Positions 24,101 to 37,116 are shown, counted from the stretch's first letter. The stretch: 64,000 bases of DNA from Peribolospora baueri (GCA_029717555.1 JAMDHS010000016.1:124001-188000); one strand, 5' to 3'. Numbers and translations: made by a program. Notes: generated from the letters alone by a model not told the origin.

Positions 24101-25594
24101 CCAAAACATGGTGAAAGTGCATCTGATGGGCGTCCGCAGCGGCGGAGCCAGTAGGGAAGTTGCTCAAGTAGGTCTCGCACAGTTCCGCTGGGTCGAAGCT
24201 GAGCCCCGTGCCCGCTCCTCCTTGCACTTGAATACGGGCGTCGTGCGTACCATAGTTTCCGATGGAGGGTACGTGGAAGGCACCATCCCCTGGTCTTCCG
24301 GACCCTGCACCTGCGTGAGCGGAAAGGCGTTTAAGGGCAAGTTCGAGCGCTGAAGGTGCAGGTAAAGCTGGTGCTTCATGTTGCTCCTGCCTATAAGGTT
24401 GCTGCTGGTGTACGGTCTGCGTATCCCTCTGCGAAGCAGGCTCGCCATCTTTCCCTGCGCCACTCAGAGGTTCTTGTCTACCCTCCCCGTCGAATGACGT
24501 CCGTTCAATCGTGTAGGGGTTGAAAGGCTTTGGCCAAGAGCCGGAACTTGGCTGTACTGATTGGAAGTTGAGGTCCGTCGGAGTTTGCGGTACCGACGGC
24601 GATTTTTCCGAAGGGTGAACCGCCCGCACCTCATTGTCAGCGAGTCGCGACGCGACGGTCGTATCAATCCTCAAAGATGATGGCGGCCCTCGGGCGCTGC
24701 CGTCACCGCCAGCCGAGCTCGTGTCCTGCGTCGGCGCAATGGGAGCGAACGCCGGTAAGGTTCTGCTGGTAGATCCGAAAGCAACGCCGCTGGTGGTAGT
24801 TCGCTTCCCGCTCCCTCGTGGCCTCCCTCGCGGCTTCTTTGGGGGCGGGATGGGTGGCGCAGGTGGCTGTTGGTGTTGGTGTTGCGCATGCTCGGCGCTT
24901 GATGTACCCCCATTCGCAAGGCCGCCACCAAAACCGTGTTCGGGTGTTACCCGCTCGCGATCCTGTCCCTGTAACGATGCGACCCCGCCTTCGTCAATGC
25001 CGAGCGCGCCGCCTCCTTCCGTGGTGCCAGGGCTGACTTGCGGGCTGTTGGCGGCGGAGGTGACGGCAGAAGTGACGGCGGAGGTGGCGGATGAGAGAAG
25101 CGATGCGGATAGCTGGTCTGCCATTGCTGGACGATCGCCAGGTTCGTCGCGGCAGCGATGCCCGATGTGACGCTTGATACTTTGGGTCGTCATTAAACCA
25201 GGGACAAAAAAAGCGCAGGTGCGAAATGAATCAGGGAAAGGTATTTATTGTTAGTTTATAGAATGTGCTACGTGAAAATCAAAGGAAAAGCGGTTCCTGC
25301 TCACCATCGCTGACAAGGTCTCCCGTCATCACAAGGCATATGGCTCCTTTTACAATAGAGACAGGCTTTCTTGACCTTCTTCCTCTTCCCCTGAGCTGCC
25401 TTGTCCTCCACCGACGGAGCAGACGGGAGGTCGTCCTGGAGGTACTTGAATACACGACCAGAGCCAATGCTTGTGCCCGTCGCCGTTCCCGGCCCCGTAC
25501 TCGTGGTTGGGCCCGACGCCAATCCACCAGAGGGGCGTTGGCCGGCGGGAATGGAGCTGTCGGGGTCGCTGGGATTAGAGCCTTGATCCACCAT
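21176..25594 (-). CDS. Zn(II)2Cys6 transcription factor with C-terminal PAS-like domain, RDS2/AcuM (ERT1/GSM1) family
   Basis: Spliced KRKKVKKACLYCKRSHMPCDDGRPCQRCIKRHIGHRCRDEP; C-terminal PYSYTYGY and VPMCVWRRTGEIYAAN..LAIYQLFEEDS; very long low-complexity middle region. Confidence 0.85.
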
Positions 25595-26416
25595 GGTGGA
25601 AACCAGAAAAAGTTGCAAGATGAACTAGAAGAGAATGGCGTCTCCGAAAAGACAGGGATGATCCGGGATGAATGCCACTGCGAAGGCCCAACAAAAATCC
25701 TGTTGGAGAGCAAAGGAGACGATAAAGAGGATGGATGGAGCCAAGGACAGGAAGTTCTGTAAAGTGTCAGCACAATGATGTAGACGTAAGACTCCGACAG
25801 AGCGATGAGAGCGGGCTGGCGTCACGCGCTGGGAAGGTTTGTCATCTCGTTCTCAACTAGGACGGTGGCCCCGTGCATTCTTGTGTCGCGCGGCGCGCTC
25901 GAATGCGACTACAAAACGGCATGATCCAGAGCGCAAGATATCGTGACGAAGCAGTAAAGGCTTGTGCGTTGCTCGTTCAGCCGTCAGCGACCAGGCACTC
26001 AATGAGGATGGCGGGACAGATAGAACTTGCGCTGTGAAGGCGCGTGAAAGACGCCCGCTGCAAAGCGGTGCGAGGGATGCGGAGGAAAACGGCCACTTGC
26101 GACTAGACGAGGACGAACAAGTGATCGATGAGAATGAGACACTGGCCATCGTTGTCTTCATCATCCTTCGTCGTTGCCGTCGTCGTGGAGGTTGCCGTGG
26201 ATTCAAGTCGCTCATCCTCCTCCATCCTGTCCTTCTTGAACGGATCGGCCGACCACAACCGACAAGCACGTGACTGGGACCACTTCTTGAGGGCGCCGCA
26301 GTCCCTTGGCACATTATGTAAACTGGCCCGTTTTTTTGCCGCAGCAGATGGCATCCTACGCGGAGACTACGGACGCTGTTCGTCACGACGCCGACGAGGA
26401 AGCCGAGAGTGGAACG

Positions 26417-27468
26417 ATGGTGAGCACGGCCTAGACAGGCAATGATCGCTATGCGCTTTATGTTTAATGCGCGGCACTGGCTCCTCAGCTCATGGGTCTC
26501 CCACACGAGATCCATGTTCGCTTTCTTGACGCGACTGACTGAGCGAATTTGGCTGGGTCGCACAGCTCATCTTCTCGGTCTTCAAGACGCTGACGGACCA
26601 GACGGTCCAAGTGGAGCGTGAGTGTCATTATCAAGCCGTCCTCTGCTTTGATTCAAGGTGCTTTTTTACTTACCTCCTTGTGTCCCGCGTGCGCGCGTGC
26701 ATCTTGCTGCAAGTCAAAAACGACCTAATCATGGAGGGGCAGCTGAAGAGCGTGGACCAGTGAGTCGAGCATGCCAACATGCCATCCAGCTACTATACCT
26801 GGCTGTGTTGAGAGCACTGGAGAAAGGCTGCTCACTCTTGCTTACGGACTTGTGGTGTGCATGTCGACAGATTCTGTGAGTGGTAGGCTTAAGTGTCTGC
26901 TTCTACAGCTTCTCGTAAGATTCGTACGGGTTGCGTGCTGAAGCACTTCTTGAACCTTCCTGGTCGAATATTGTTGGCTAGTAAACATCAAACTGGACAA
27001 CATCAGAGTACTGGAGGAATACAAATATCCGCACATGGTGAGTGCGAGGCCTTCTCTCCCGTTACCCACGGGAAGAATCACATGGCCGACGGTTGACGTC
27101 CCGGATAACGAGTGTGACCGAGCTCTTCGGCGCTTCAGAATCAAGCAGTTGTTTAACTTGATCTTTGTCGAATTTTTATACGACGATCCCATATGTTGAT
27201 CCCTGCAGATGGCCGTCAAGTCCTGCTTCATCCGAGGCAGCGTCATCCGCTACGTCCATTTGCCTGCGGCGGCTATAGATACGCAGTTGCTGGAGGACGC
27301 TACTCGCAGAGGTGAGCTGACATTCCCTGCTTCTGAGTTTAACGTTCAAGCTCCCTTCATGCGTTCTGTAGTAATTCTTCTTGCCGTGTGGTGCCTTCGA
27401 CGTCTGATCATCACTCTTTTCGCTGGTTGTCCCACATTACAGAGGCGGCGGCAACGAGCAAGCGATAA
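26417..27468 (+). CDS. LSM2: U6 snRNA-associated Sm-like protein Lsm2, 96 aa, 7 coding exons (26417-26419, 26566-26617, 26714-26759, 26871-26875, 26982-27037, 27209-27311, 27443-27468)
   Basis: The spliced 291 nt translate to MLIFSVFKTLTDQTVQVELKNDLIMEGQLKSVDQFLNIKLDNIRVLEEYKYPHMMAVKSCFIRGSVIRYVHLPAAAIDTQLLEDATRREAAATSKR. Confidence 0.95.
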
Positions 27469-27609
27469 AGCATACGCCGCGCGTTCTTTTCACCCATGTA
27501 TTGAATAGCGTACGGCGTATCGGCGTGTACTACTGCAGCGAATGGTCAAGCCGCACTGGCTCTTCCCCAGCTCGAATGTCTCAGACTACAACAAGTACCG
27601 CGGAGAAGG

Positions 27610-30600
27610 TCAGATCTGCCTGGCATCGCTGAGATCAAAAAAGCTGAACATGTCCAAACGAATGAGCAGTGCGGTGATTGAGTTGTGCGAAACCAGCGCC
27701 GAGTCTCGCTCTAACCAAGCCAGATCCATCTCTGCCTCGTCATGCTCTCGCTCTCCGGTACGGCGTCTCCTTTCCTCCCCTGCATCCCCCCCGCTCTTCT
27801 CAGCACCCGTCCCGGTCCGTCCGTGTCGTTCGGCGTCCATACCGGCTCGTCTCTCTGCCGCTAGAGCTTCGGCGTCGCGTCGCTGGCGCTGCTGTAGGAA
27901 GCTCTCGACTCGACCCGCTCCACGCTCTTCGAGAATGCGCAGGCACTTGATCTGTCATTCAGAAACCACCATCATGATACGTTAAAGAATGAGCGACCAA
28001 TTGTAGTCCAAACGAAGGGCTCGGACGAGAGGCCTGAAAGGCCAACAACTCACGAAAGTGGAACTGCATTTGACCCAGCGCTCATAAAGTCTTCTCAGAC
28101 GATCCACCGCCTTCTCTTCATCTACGGTCGAGTTTCGGAGGGCTTGGATCAGCCTACCAAGCGCCAGGACGATGTCGAAGCAGGCGACTATGACCTGCAA
28201 TGAGCACGAGGAGCAATGACCAAGGTCGTCTTGAGCCAACCTGCTAGCTCACGCATACCACCTCAATCGGGAAACTGACCTTCATGATAGGCTCTTGCCT
28301 CTTCTTGAGGAAGCACATTTTGAGCATACGATCAAGAACACTCTCGTGATAGGCGACGAGCGAAAAGATGTCCTTCAGCTCGTACGTCGTCTGGCCCATC
28401 CCGCCGTCCTCGGTCTCTGCATCCTCCACTTCAGACCTCACGTCCAATTCAACTGTCGATGCTGTCTCAAAGCCGTCGCTTGTACCGCCGCTTAGGACCA
28501 CCTCGTCCCTTGCCTCCGCGTCGCGACGGAGCTGTTGCAGTCTGTTGAGGAAGCGTCGCCAGTTTACCTCGATGCCTACGTCCACCACAAAACCTTGGAA
28601 CGCAGACATCAACGTATGCGCGCTGAAGCGGAAAGCGTGAAAAAGTTTGAATGCCTCTTCGTTCGTCTCGAAAGGCTTGCTACCATCATTCGCGTCGCCC
28701 TTGCCTCTCGATTTTGACGTTGAGATCGAAGAGACTGAGAAGCCATCCGTGAAGAGCTCCCTGAGCACGACCTGGACACGCATGAGCCGGAGGAGGAAAG
28801 AGAACATGCGCTGATACTTCTCCAGTATCTGTGGCGGGAACAACACCGAGATGATGCCTTGTGGGCGATAGTATAGGCTGAGCCAGTCGAGCGCCTCGAT
28901 TGCCTGAGGATCGCGCCAGCGACCCGCTGCTCCCGTCTCTCCTGCTTCCAGCTCGTCGAGGTCCGGCACGCCGAAGGAGAGCCTCTCTTCGAGCTCTTCC
29001 AACGCTCGCGACGTTGGTTTGTCCCGCCGCTCGTCAGCAGCCCTGAGATCGGCGATGGTGTCGAGCAGAGTGGAACGAAGAGCTAGAGAGAGTTCTGCGC
29101 CGCCTGGAGGCCATTGATCTCGGGGCCGGCTACCGGTGAAGCAAGCAGTAAGAAACGATCAGTAAAGTGGAGGAGAAGGGAATGTGAAATCGAAGAGAAA
29201 TAAGGAAACGCACTTGTTGAGGTCCATCCCAACAGCCGCTCCCCATGCTCTCCCACGAGCGTCGAGGCCCATGGCATCCACATCGCTCGCCAGAATACTT
29301 CTACCGCCGAAAATGGCGAGCTCCAACCGGCTCCTAAAGGCTTCATGCCCCATGAGCAAAAAGCCCCGCAACAGATTCAGGTGGTCGAACAAGTCGAGGT
29401 CGCGAAAGAAGACGCTGAGCAGGGCTGAGTTGACGAGTCGGCCCCAGGAAAGCAGGGGTGTGAGCAGGGTAGCGTTGGTAAGGTGAGTCGGCGTGGGATA
29501 CGAGGGCGGGAGGATGGTGAGTCGCCGAGAGGAGGCAGACGACACTGCTGAAGTGCGTCTGGAAGGTTGTAGTCGAGAGCCGGGCAAATCGCAAGCGTCC
29601 TCTGGTGCCGACGCCGCGTTCGATGGGGGCAGCGAGGCCGGAAGATGGTGTTGCTTCATGTCCGTGAAACGAGCCAAGAAATGCAGCATGTCATTCCTGC
29701 TCCGCTCGCCCTCCGAGACCTCCGTCTCGGTGTCCTTGTCTGTTCTCGGTAGAAGTGAGGTGAAAACGCCCGGAGGAGCGTCGAAAGCGGAAAACATCTG
29801 GCGCAACGTTGGTTCATAGCGACCGATGTCTGGGTGAGCTGATGACACCTCCTGTCCAATGGTCTCTCCATCTTCGTCCTCCGAACTGTGCACAGAAGAA
29901 CTATCGTTCTCTCCCATGTCCGTATCTCGAATTTTGTCGCCTCTTTCATCCTTGAAGATGATCCCGGAATGCCGAGCCATGCCTCGGCCCTCCCGCTCCA
30001 ATTGACGCGCCCGCCGCCATCGTGTCATTTGCTTTCGCGTTGCTCGGATGACATCTTGAAGCCTAGCGTTTAAACTGTGTCAAATCGTATGAAACAAGAG
30101 GGTCAAACTCAACTGCCCGCCGGACCCTCCACAGTTCTCCACCGAAAGATCGCTCACCGCTCGGCTTCTCCCTCCACGAATAGCCATCCAGGAGACAAAC
30201 CTCTCAGCTGATGTGACCTGCTGGTTGCGGGAGCAAGAAGAGGATGGTCCGCCTTGGCTGCCCGCCTTAGAAGTCGCAGTCCTCGGCCCATTTCGATGAG
30301 GTCGCGAGCTTGCGGGATTGCAACGAAAGATGGAAGGTGTGCTGGACGAAGCTACCGTCCACCGAAGGAACGGTCCCATAATGAGAATAATGTGCCACGT
30401 GAGGGCGATAAGGAAGGAGCTTCACCAATAGATAAAGGCACGGCCAGACTCCTTTGCACTCACAACGTAAGCCACGCGCTCCTCCTTGTCGTCTTCATCC
30501 TGTTCGCCTGGCACGACCCCGAACCTCCTATCCTTGCCATCTCCCTTCTCAATCCACTCAATCTCCATGCCCTCCCATCCCTCTTCCAGCTCCATCCCGG

Positions 30601-32513
30601 CGCCCCCGGCACTGGTGTCGACCTCTGCCCCTGGAAACCAGATCCAGCGCTCAACTCGATTCACCCAACCTTTCGCCGTTTCGACGAACAGATAAGCGCA
30701 GACGGATTGGACTAGGATAGGCGAGCAGAGGGAGACGTGGGCGTTGAAATGGGAATAAAGGTGAGAGAGGAGGGCGGAGGAAGCGAAGGGGAGGGAGCCG
30801 GACGCTGACGGGGTCGAACCCTGGTTAAGGTGCAACAAACAGAAGGTATTGACGAAAGGTCAGGAAGAAAATCAAATGGGAGCCCACGACGCCGAAGCTT
30901 ACGTGTCCACACAAATCCGCTACCGCCTCCAGCACCTCCTGCACGGGTCGAAGCTCCGCCCAGGCCCGAAGCAAGCCCCGCTCCTTCTGCTCGTCGGCGA
31001 TTCTTGTCGCTGGTTCAGCATAGACGCCGACGCGTGCATTGGCTGTGTGAGATTCGGCGAAACGGGAGAGCTCAAGACGGACGTATGTTATGTAGACGGA
31101 GAGGGCATGAGCAAAAGAAGATATGGCGTAGCCGTGAGAGCTACCAATCGTTGACGAGGAGAGCGGACGGAGAGCAAGTCAAGTTGAGCCCTGGAGGTCC
31201 CTTCAACGAGACGGAACAGATGAAAGATATCAAGTAGAAAAGCTCGCCTTTCCTGAAGACGCTCCACGACCCTTTCAAGACGGCGCATCAAAGTCCCGAT
31301 CGTCAGAAAGCGGTTTACGAGACTGATAAGCGGGTAACCATGCATTAATGCCGTTAGAAACGAGGGCGGTCAGTAGCTATATTCTGTGGACTCGACAGTG
31401 TATAGTTTTGGCGAGATACGGAAGCAAGTGCACCCTGCGTTCTCACCTGTCGGAAGCCTCTTCACTCATCCCCCAAATCCTCTCCTTTCCTGACCACTCC
31501 ACAACCTCATCAATTTCACCTGTAACCTTGGCATTCCACTTTTTTCCAAGCTTGGCCGCACCATAGATCAGAGTGATGCGCCAGACGAATCGCTTCTGTG
31601 CCGTGTCCCAGCCAAAGAGCGGAGAGCTGAGGCCTGTACACGTGAGAAGGAGCGACCGGAGGACGGCTGCAGGAGGATGGATGGGCGGCCTTGTCGAATG
31701 GTCGGGATGGTGCATCCTGATAAGGGGCGGAGCGTGGGAGACAAACGACGGCAACAATTAAGACTAACAGTCTGGCAGTCGCTCAGAACAAAATATATAC
31801 GCCCTGGAGAGCAAATTAAATTCACTCACGTGTGGAAGACGGCTTCAACACCGGCGTCAGAATGATCATTGAGAAAGGGCGACTGAGACTCGAGGCCGAG
31901 CTCCTTGTAGTCAGGTCGCAAATTGTCCCAAGAAATGACGGCAGGCTGGCTCACCGGTATAAGCAAAAGCTTAGCAAAGTCAACGGTTGGACATGCGCGT
32001 GCCGGCCTAAATCAATTCTGCGCTCACCACAACATCGGCAATGTGCTTTAAAGGACCCCTTTGCGGGGTCTCATCCGGCCAATGAATTTCGTCCTTAACG
32101 GCCAGAACCTCGTCTTTACTATCTGTATCGCGTGTTGTGCAGCGTGGCGAGGGCGAGTGCTGGGGGAGCGGGGCTTCTCCAGTGCGATCGAGTGCGCCGA
32201 GAAGATCAGGCTCGAAGATGGAGTCGCCAGCCTCATCCTCGCTGCTGCCAATTGATCCTTCCTGCCCGCCCCGGATATTTCCGACATCGCCAGAAGCGGC
32301 GTCACCACTGACCGTAAAATCTTCGTGAGCACCGGCAAGAGGCGGCAGGTAGAAAGTGCCATCGGGGACAAGGCGTTCCAAGCGCGACTCGCGCGAAGGT
32401 CCAGGGTGACCGTGCTGATGGCCAAGGGGCGGCAATGAAGGCAGTTCCCAAGCTCGATCTACGGGCTGGAGGGTGTCCAGAGAAAAAAAGCGAGGCGCCT
32501 CTCTGTTGGACAT
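27610..32513 (-). CDS. Gamma-tubulin complex component (Spc97/Spc98 family, probably GCP6/Alp16-like; many exons)
   Basis: LVNSALLSVFFRDLDLFDHLNLLRGFLLMG, ALDWLSLYYRP..LEKYQRMFSFLLRLMRV, YHESVLDRMLKMCFLKKRQ and a C-terminal LLIRLD. Confidence 0.82.
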
Positions 32514-32751
32514 GCCTGTCGTCCTTGCTCGACCTGCCGACGTCCCACGGCGGGTTGATGATTGCGAATCTGTAGGATTGACGGTCGCGGCGATGCGCGT
32601 CTGTGGGAGCGCTTATGTAATCGTCCATTTCATCTACACGCCCCCCGTCGCGTTCGCGTCGACGAGAAATTCCTTTCCATCCGTATTCCAAACCATTCGT
32701 ATTATATTCCACACCATTCGTACACGCCCAACTGCCAAGTCCGAAGCGAAC

Positions 32752-35419
32752 ATGGTGTCGTCTACCGACTTCTCCGACGCTCTGTCCCATCCGCATGACG
32801 TCGTCCAGACTCTATTTGGTGAGCCCGTCTGACGAAATGAGGAAGGCTTGCGTGTACCGCAGGGAAGAGGGGCAGCTGACACACCTTTCTGGTCGTGGGC
32901 TTGCGCTTATGGGTCTGGCTGGCAGAAAAGCACGGTCGCTCGAACGATCGCTTTGAGGCTGTTGTAGCTGACCACTTCCGGAGAATATTTGGCGGACGGC
33001 CGGCGAACTTGGCCAAGGTGAGCGGAGGGAATAGGACAGCGGGGCAGCGCTAGCGGGTCGTTGGATTGTAACTTACTGAGCTCCCGGCTGGCACGTCTTT
33101 CGTTCTCCATCTCCCCACTCTGTCCGTTTCTTACGGTGTCGGTCTTCTTCAGATCCCTTCTCTCACATCGACCAGCTCAACACCAGTTGACGGCTCCCTC
33201 GTCCGCTTTCGATGCATGGTTCAAGACACCGGCGTAGGTAACGAAGTCTACCTCGGCCTCCTTGGCTCTGGCCCCACAGTCCGGTGTGGCATGTTTGGCG
33301 CAGGGGACGTGGAAGACGAGGAGGTGAATGGGGAGGGAACGATGGCCGGAGCGGCCGAGGCCTATGACAAGCTGAAGGAACGACAAGTGGTTTACGCCGT
33401 CGAAGTGCCGGCTGAGACGGAGTGGGCTAGAAGAGCTTGGGAGGCTAGGGACCTGGAGGAGGATGGTGGGTGTGCTATGTTCGCTCTACTTCTTACGCAA
33501 CCAATCGGGTCACGGGTCTTGTTGGACGACAGCCAAACCTCACTTTGATACTCCCCCATGATTGGTATCTAGAGGTCGCAAACGGCGTCGAGCATATTCA
33601 TTTGAATGGGTCCACAAGCCAGGCCGCCTCGGAGAGGAACCCCTCTTCATATGCCAAAAAGTTTCCCATCGCTGGCAAACCTCACGTCGGAGCCCTGGTT
33701 AAGGTCAGTCGTCTGCTGTTTGTCTCATGTTCCCCATCTCGTCGAATCTGGACGAGTCGCTCACATAAGGGAAGCCGTCTTCCTTACGCGTTCTCAGATT
33801 TACGACCTCGAAGCTGCGGAGAAGTTGCGAACGACGGACGTGGTCGAGTTTGTCGGTATCATGGGCCGATCAATGTGAGTACGAGGGACTAAGCTTGATA
33901 TGGACAAAAAGTTCTGGCTCGAATAACACCCTCTGGCCTCCTTCCTTCGCTCCTTTGTGCAGCATGCCAAACGCCAACTGGCAAGATGCCGGCCCCGTGG
34001 CAGCTCCATCAGCAAGTCAGCCCGGAGCCTCCACATCCGATCCGTCCCTCTTGCCCTGCGTGCATGCCATCTTCTTTGAAAAGCTACCGCCAGCCACGTT
34101 CCCTCCCGGTCTGGTCTTCCCGTCGTTGGACGAGCTTGGGTTTATCGAGGAGACCCGGGCTTCGCTGTTGGAGTACCTCAAGACGGCGCTTGGAGGTGAT
34201 GAATTGGCGGCCGAGTTTGTGTTATTGCAGTTGTTGTCGAGGATGTGAGTCGAGTCACCCTTAGCCGACGTTTGCGCCGACGTGTCTTTCTCTGATTGAT
34301 ACTTCGTTTCACGGCCCTCGCGTCGCAGTCACGCACGGCGAAGCGGTCTTGCCATTGGCCGAATGTCGCTCAATCTCTCCAACTTCCCGTCGAAGCCTTC
34401 CGCTGCGACGACGCCGACGTCTAGCTCCGCCTCTGACCTTGCTCCACCGTCGTCCGAGTCTCTGCCGACGTTGTCCCACGTTCTTTCCACTCTCCTCGCT
34501 TCCTTTCACCACTTATCCCTTTCCCTGTCGCACCTGAATCACCCCGACGTGTCCTTCTACCCGAAGAGCAAGGACGAGAGTCTTGACGCTGGAGAGCTGC
34601 AGCTCCCAGAGGGCACGACGGTCATCGTGGATGAGGCGGGAATGGACGAGGGAAACCTGCAAGACGGAGGTGAGTTGAGGCAAAAGGGGCTGGGGGGGAT
34701 AACGGCTTGGAGAGAGAATGTGTGAGAGAAAAGTGGCTGATGGGATCTACTTCGTTCGGTCCCATTTATCGAAGGCGTTCGAAACGTGCGGGCGCTCGCT
34801 TCCACCCTGTCGACGCAAAAGCTAGAGTACGCCTTCCCATTCTCCTCTTTCGAGTTCGACACCGACCTCGGCTTCATCGTGCTCTCCAACGGCAAGTCTT
34901 TTCTGCCCATCGATTGTCACTTGCCACTGTCGCCTGCGCACTCGTCCCTTGAGGCCTTGTTCGGACGGCCGTCAGCCGCTCTGCCGACGACAACGCAGCT
35001 GAACCGGTTCCGGGCCCTCCTTCTTGGCATGAGACACAAAGACCTGAGCATCCCTGATGACATCTCAGAGCATATTCAGCAGGACTTTGTCCAGCGCCGA
35101 CAAGCCGCGGCGGGTGCCAACGCTGGGAGCGGGACCGGTGGTACGGCCGTCACGCAGGAGGACCTGCTCTTCAGGATGACGTTGGCAAGGTGCGTGTCCG
35201 CTGTGTCGACCCTGTCCTGACCTCGCGCCCATGCGCTCACTCCTACTTCCTCTCCCACCTGCGCTTCGCATTCGCGTCAGGCTGCTTGCCTTTTCGTATT
35301 CCAAGACCGTGCTCGACATTCCGACCTGGGAGCGCGCGGTGCAGCTGGACGAGCTGAGGAAGGAAAGGATCAAGGCGGCGAGCACGTGGCCGACGGCGAC
35401 GGCAGGCGTGGCTCCATGA
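32752..35419 (+). CDS. MCMBP: Mini-chromosome maintenance complex-binding protein (MCM-BP/Mcb1; multi-exon)
   Basis: VRFRCMVQDT, LKERQVVYAVEVPAETEW, DVVEFVGI, LGGDELAAEFVLLQLLS, LDAGELQLPEGTTVIVDEAGMDEGNL and YAFPFSSFEFDTDLGFIVLSNGKSFLP. Confidence 0.88.
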
Positions 35420-35733
35420 GCGCCTTGATCGATTGTAAAATTGTAAAATCGCCCGACGGGCTCTGTATCGTATTCGAGAGCCGTTGATAGAGAAGCGAGG
35501 GAGGGGGACCCGATCCGATGCGGACGAGCGTAACTCAGAGTGCTGCGAAGAGGCACAGCGTTTCCCAAGGATCGCTGGAGCGCAAGCTGGAGAGTACGGA
35601 AAACGATGGCACACGAATAAGGGATGTCGACGGGACGACTTTCCTCAGAGGACACCATACCTAATGGCGAAAGCGATGGGAGCGAGCCGAGCTGATCCGG
35701 GAGGACGGGCAGGGGCAGGCGGAATTAGCGGTG

Positions 35734-36026
35734 ACGCGTCTCGACGCGACGGGTGTATTCACCGCGTCACCGCGAATGGTCACCGTTAAATCGCCCCTTG
35801 ATGCGCTCCAGTCGCTGTTTCTGATCCTCCCACTGATCCTCCGCGCATCTCCGCCTTCGTCCAGCTCGCGAAACTCGAGGTTGTGACTGACGCAGGCCGA
35901 CGTCGCCGCAGTCCTTCCGCTCCTCGCCCGCCCATTGTGCGCTGATTTCTGATCCTCGGCGACGGGCGAATGCTGCAGAGACGTCGTTCAGCTCCCGCCA
36001 TCCCGTTCCGCCGAAAATTATATATA
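35734..36026 (+). promoter_or_regulatory. Histone H4 promoter with MCB/SCB-like CGCG elements, a triplicated CTGATCCTC motif and a TATA box
   Basis: ACGCGT 35734-35739, CGCGAAA 35867-35873, CTGATCCTC at 35821, 35833 and 35949, and TTATATATA 36018-36026, all upstream of the ATG at 36159. Confidence 0.5.
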
Positions 36027-36158
36027 CTCGGCCCGCCGGCGCCCGTCTGCCTCGCCCAACCACAACGCAATCATCTCGCCGCCATCTTCCCGAGTCCATC
36101 TCGACGCCACCACAACACCCCGCTTCTCTCACACCACTCGTAACTCCATCTGATCAAC

Positions 36159-36563
36159 ATGTCTGGACGTGGAAAGGGCGGCAAGGGCCTCGGCAAGGGC
36201 GGCGCCAAGCGTCACCGCAAGATTCTCCGCGACAACATCCAGGGCATCACCAAGCCCGCCATCCGACGTCTCGCCCGCCGTGGCGGTGTGAAGCGTATCT
36301 CTGGCCTCATCTACGACGAGACGCGCGGTGTGCTCAAGCTCTTCCTCGAGTCCGTCATCCGCGACTCGGTCACCTACACCGAGCACGCCAAGCGCAAGAC
36401 CGGTGAGTCTTTCTCCGAGTCTTCTCCTTTCGTTCGTCGCGGCCACCAGCTGACCTTTAGTCGTCCCGCTCCCTGCTCCTTGATCGACGCAGTCACCGCC
36501 CTCGACGTCGTCTACGCCCTTAAGAGACAAGGCCGCACCCTCTACGGTTTCGGCTCTGCCTAA
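36159..36563 (+). CDS. HHF1: Histone H4 (intron 36403-36492)
   Basis: [49 protein letters not shown]...[27 protein letters not shown]. Confidence 0.99.
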
Positions 36564-37092
36564 TCGCCGGCACAGACCGACGATGAACGCTTGTTTGCTC
36601 TCCTTTCTTCATGTCCCTTTCCCCCATGTCTTCTCTACTGCTGTACTATTAGGTTCCCCCCATCGGCCGTATGCGGTTCGGCCGCGTCATGCAACTAGTA
36701 GCAAGTAGCGGTGCTGCCGAGGAGGCCGCCGCATGATCACCAGTTACACACGTCCGATGGCTTCACAATGGACTCTTCGATGATCGCGTCCGTATCTCAG
36801 ACTCTCGTCCTCGCACCTGGCGGCCAAAAAGACAAGGGCAGGGCTTCAAGGTCGGACCGAACCGCACCGGCGCAGTCCGCTTCCCTATCTATATATATTC
36901 GATAAAGACTCGAAGAGAAGATACGTGACCCACAGCTCTCGAGGACGACGACGACGACGACCAGCCGGCGCGTCGCGTCCCAGGCAGGCAGGCATGCGAG
37001 CGGAGGCGAGGCGACATAGCATACTTTAATGAACAGACACGCCGTGTGTGGGCAGGCAAGGGTGGCGGCCTCGACTCGAGAAGAGACGAAGA

Positions 37093-37116
37093 CGAACGAA
37101 CGAACGAACGAACGAA
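37093..37116. repeat. (CGAA)6 microsatellite
   Basis: Read directly from the sequence. Confidence 0.9.
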
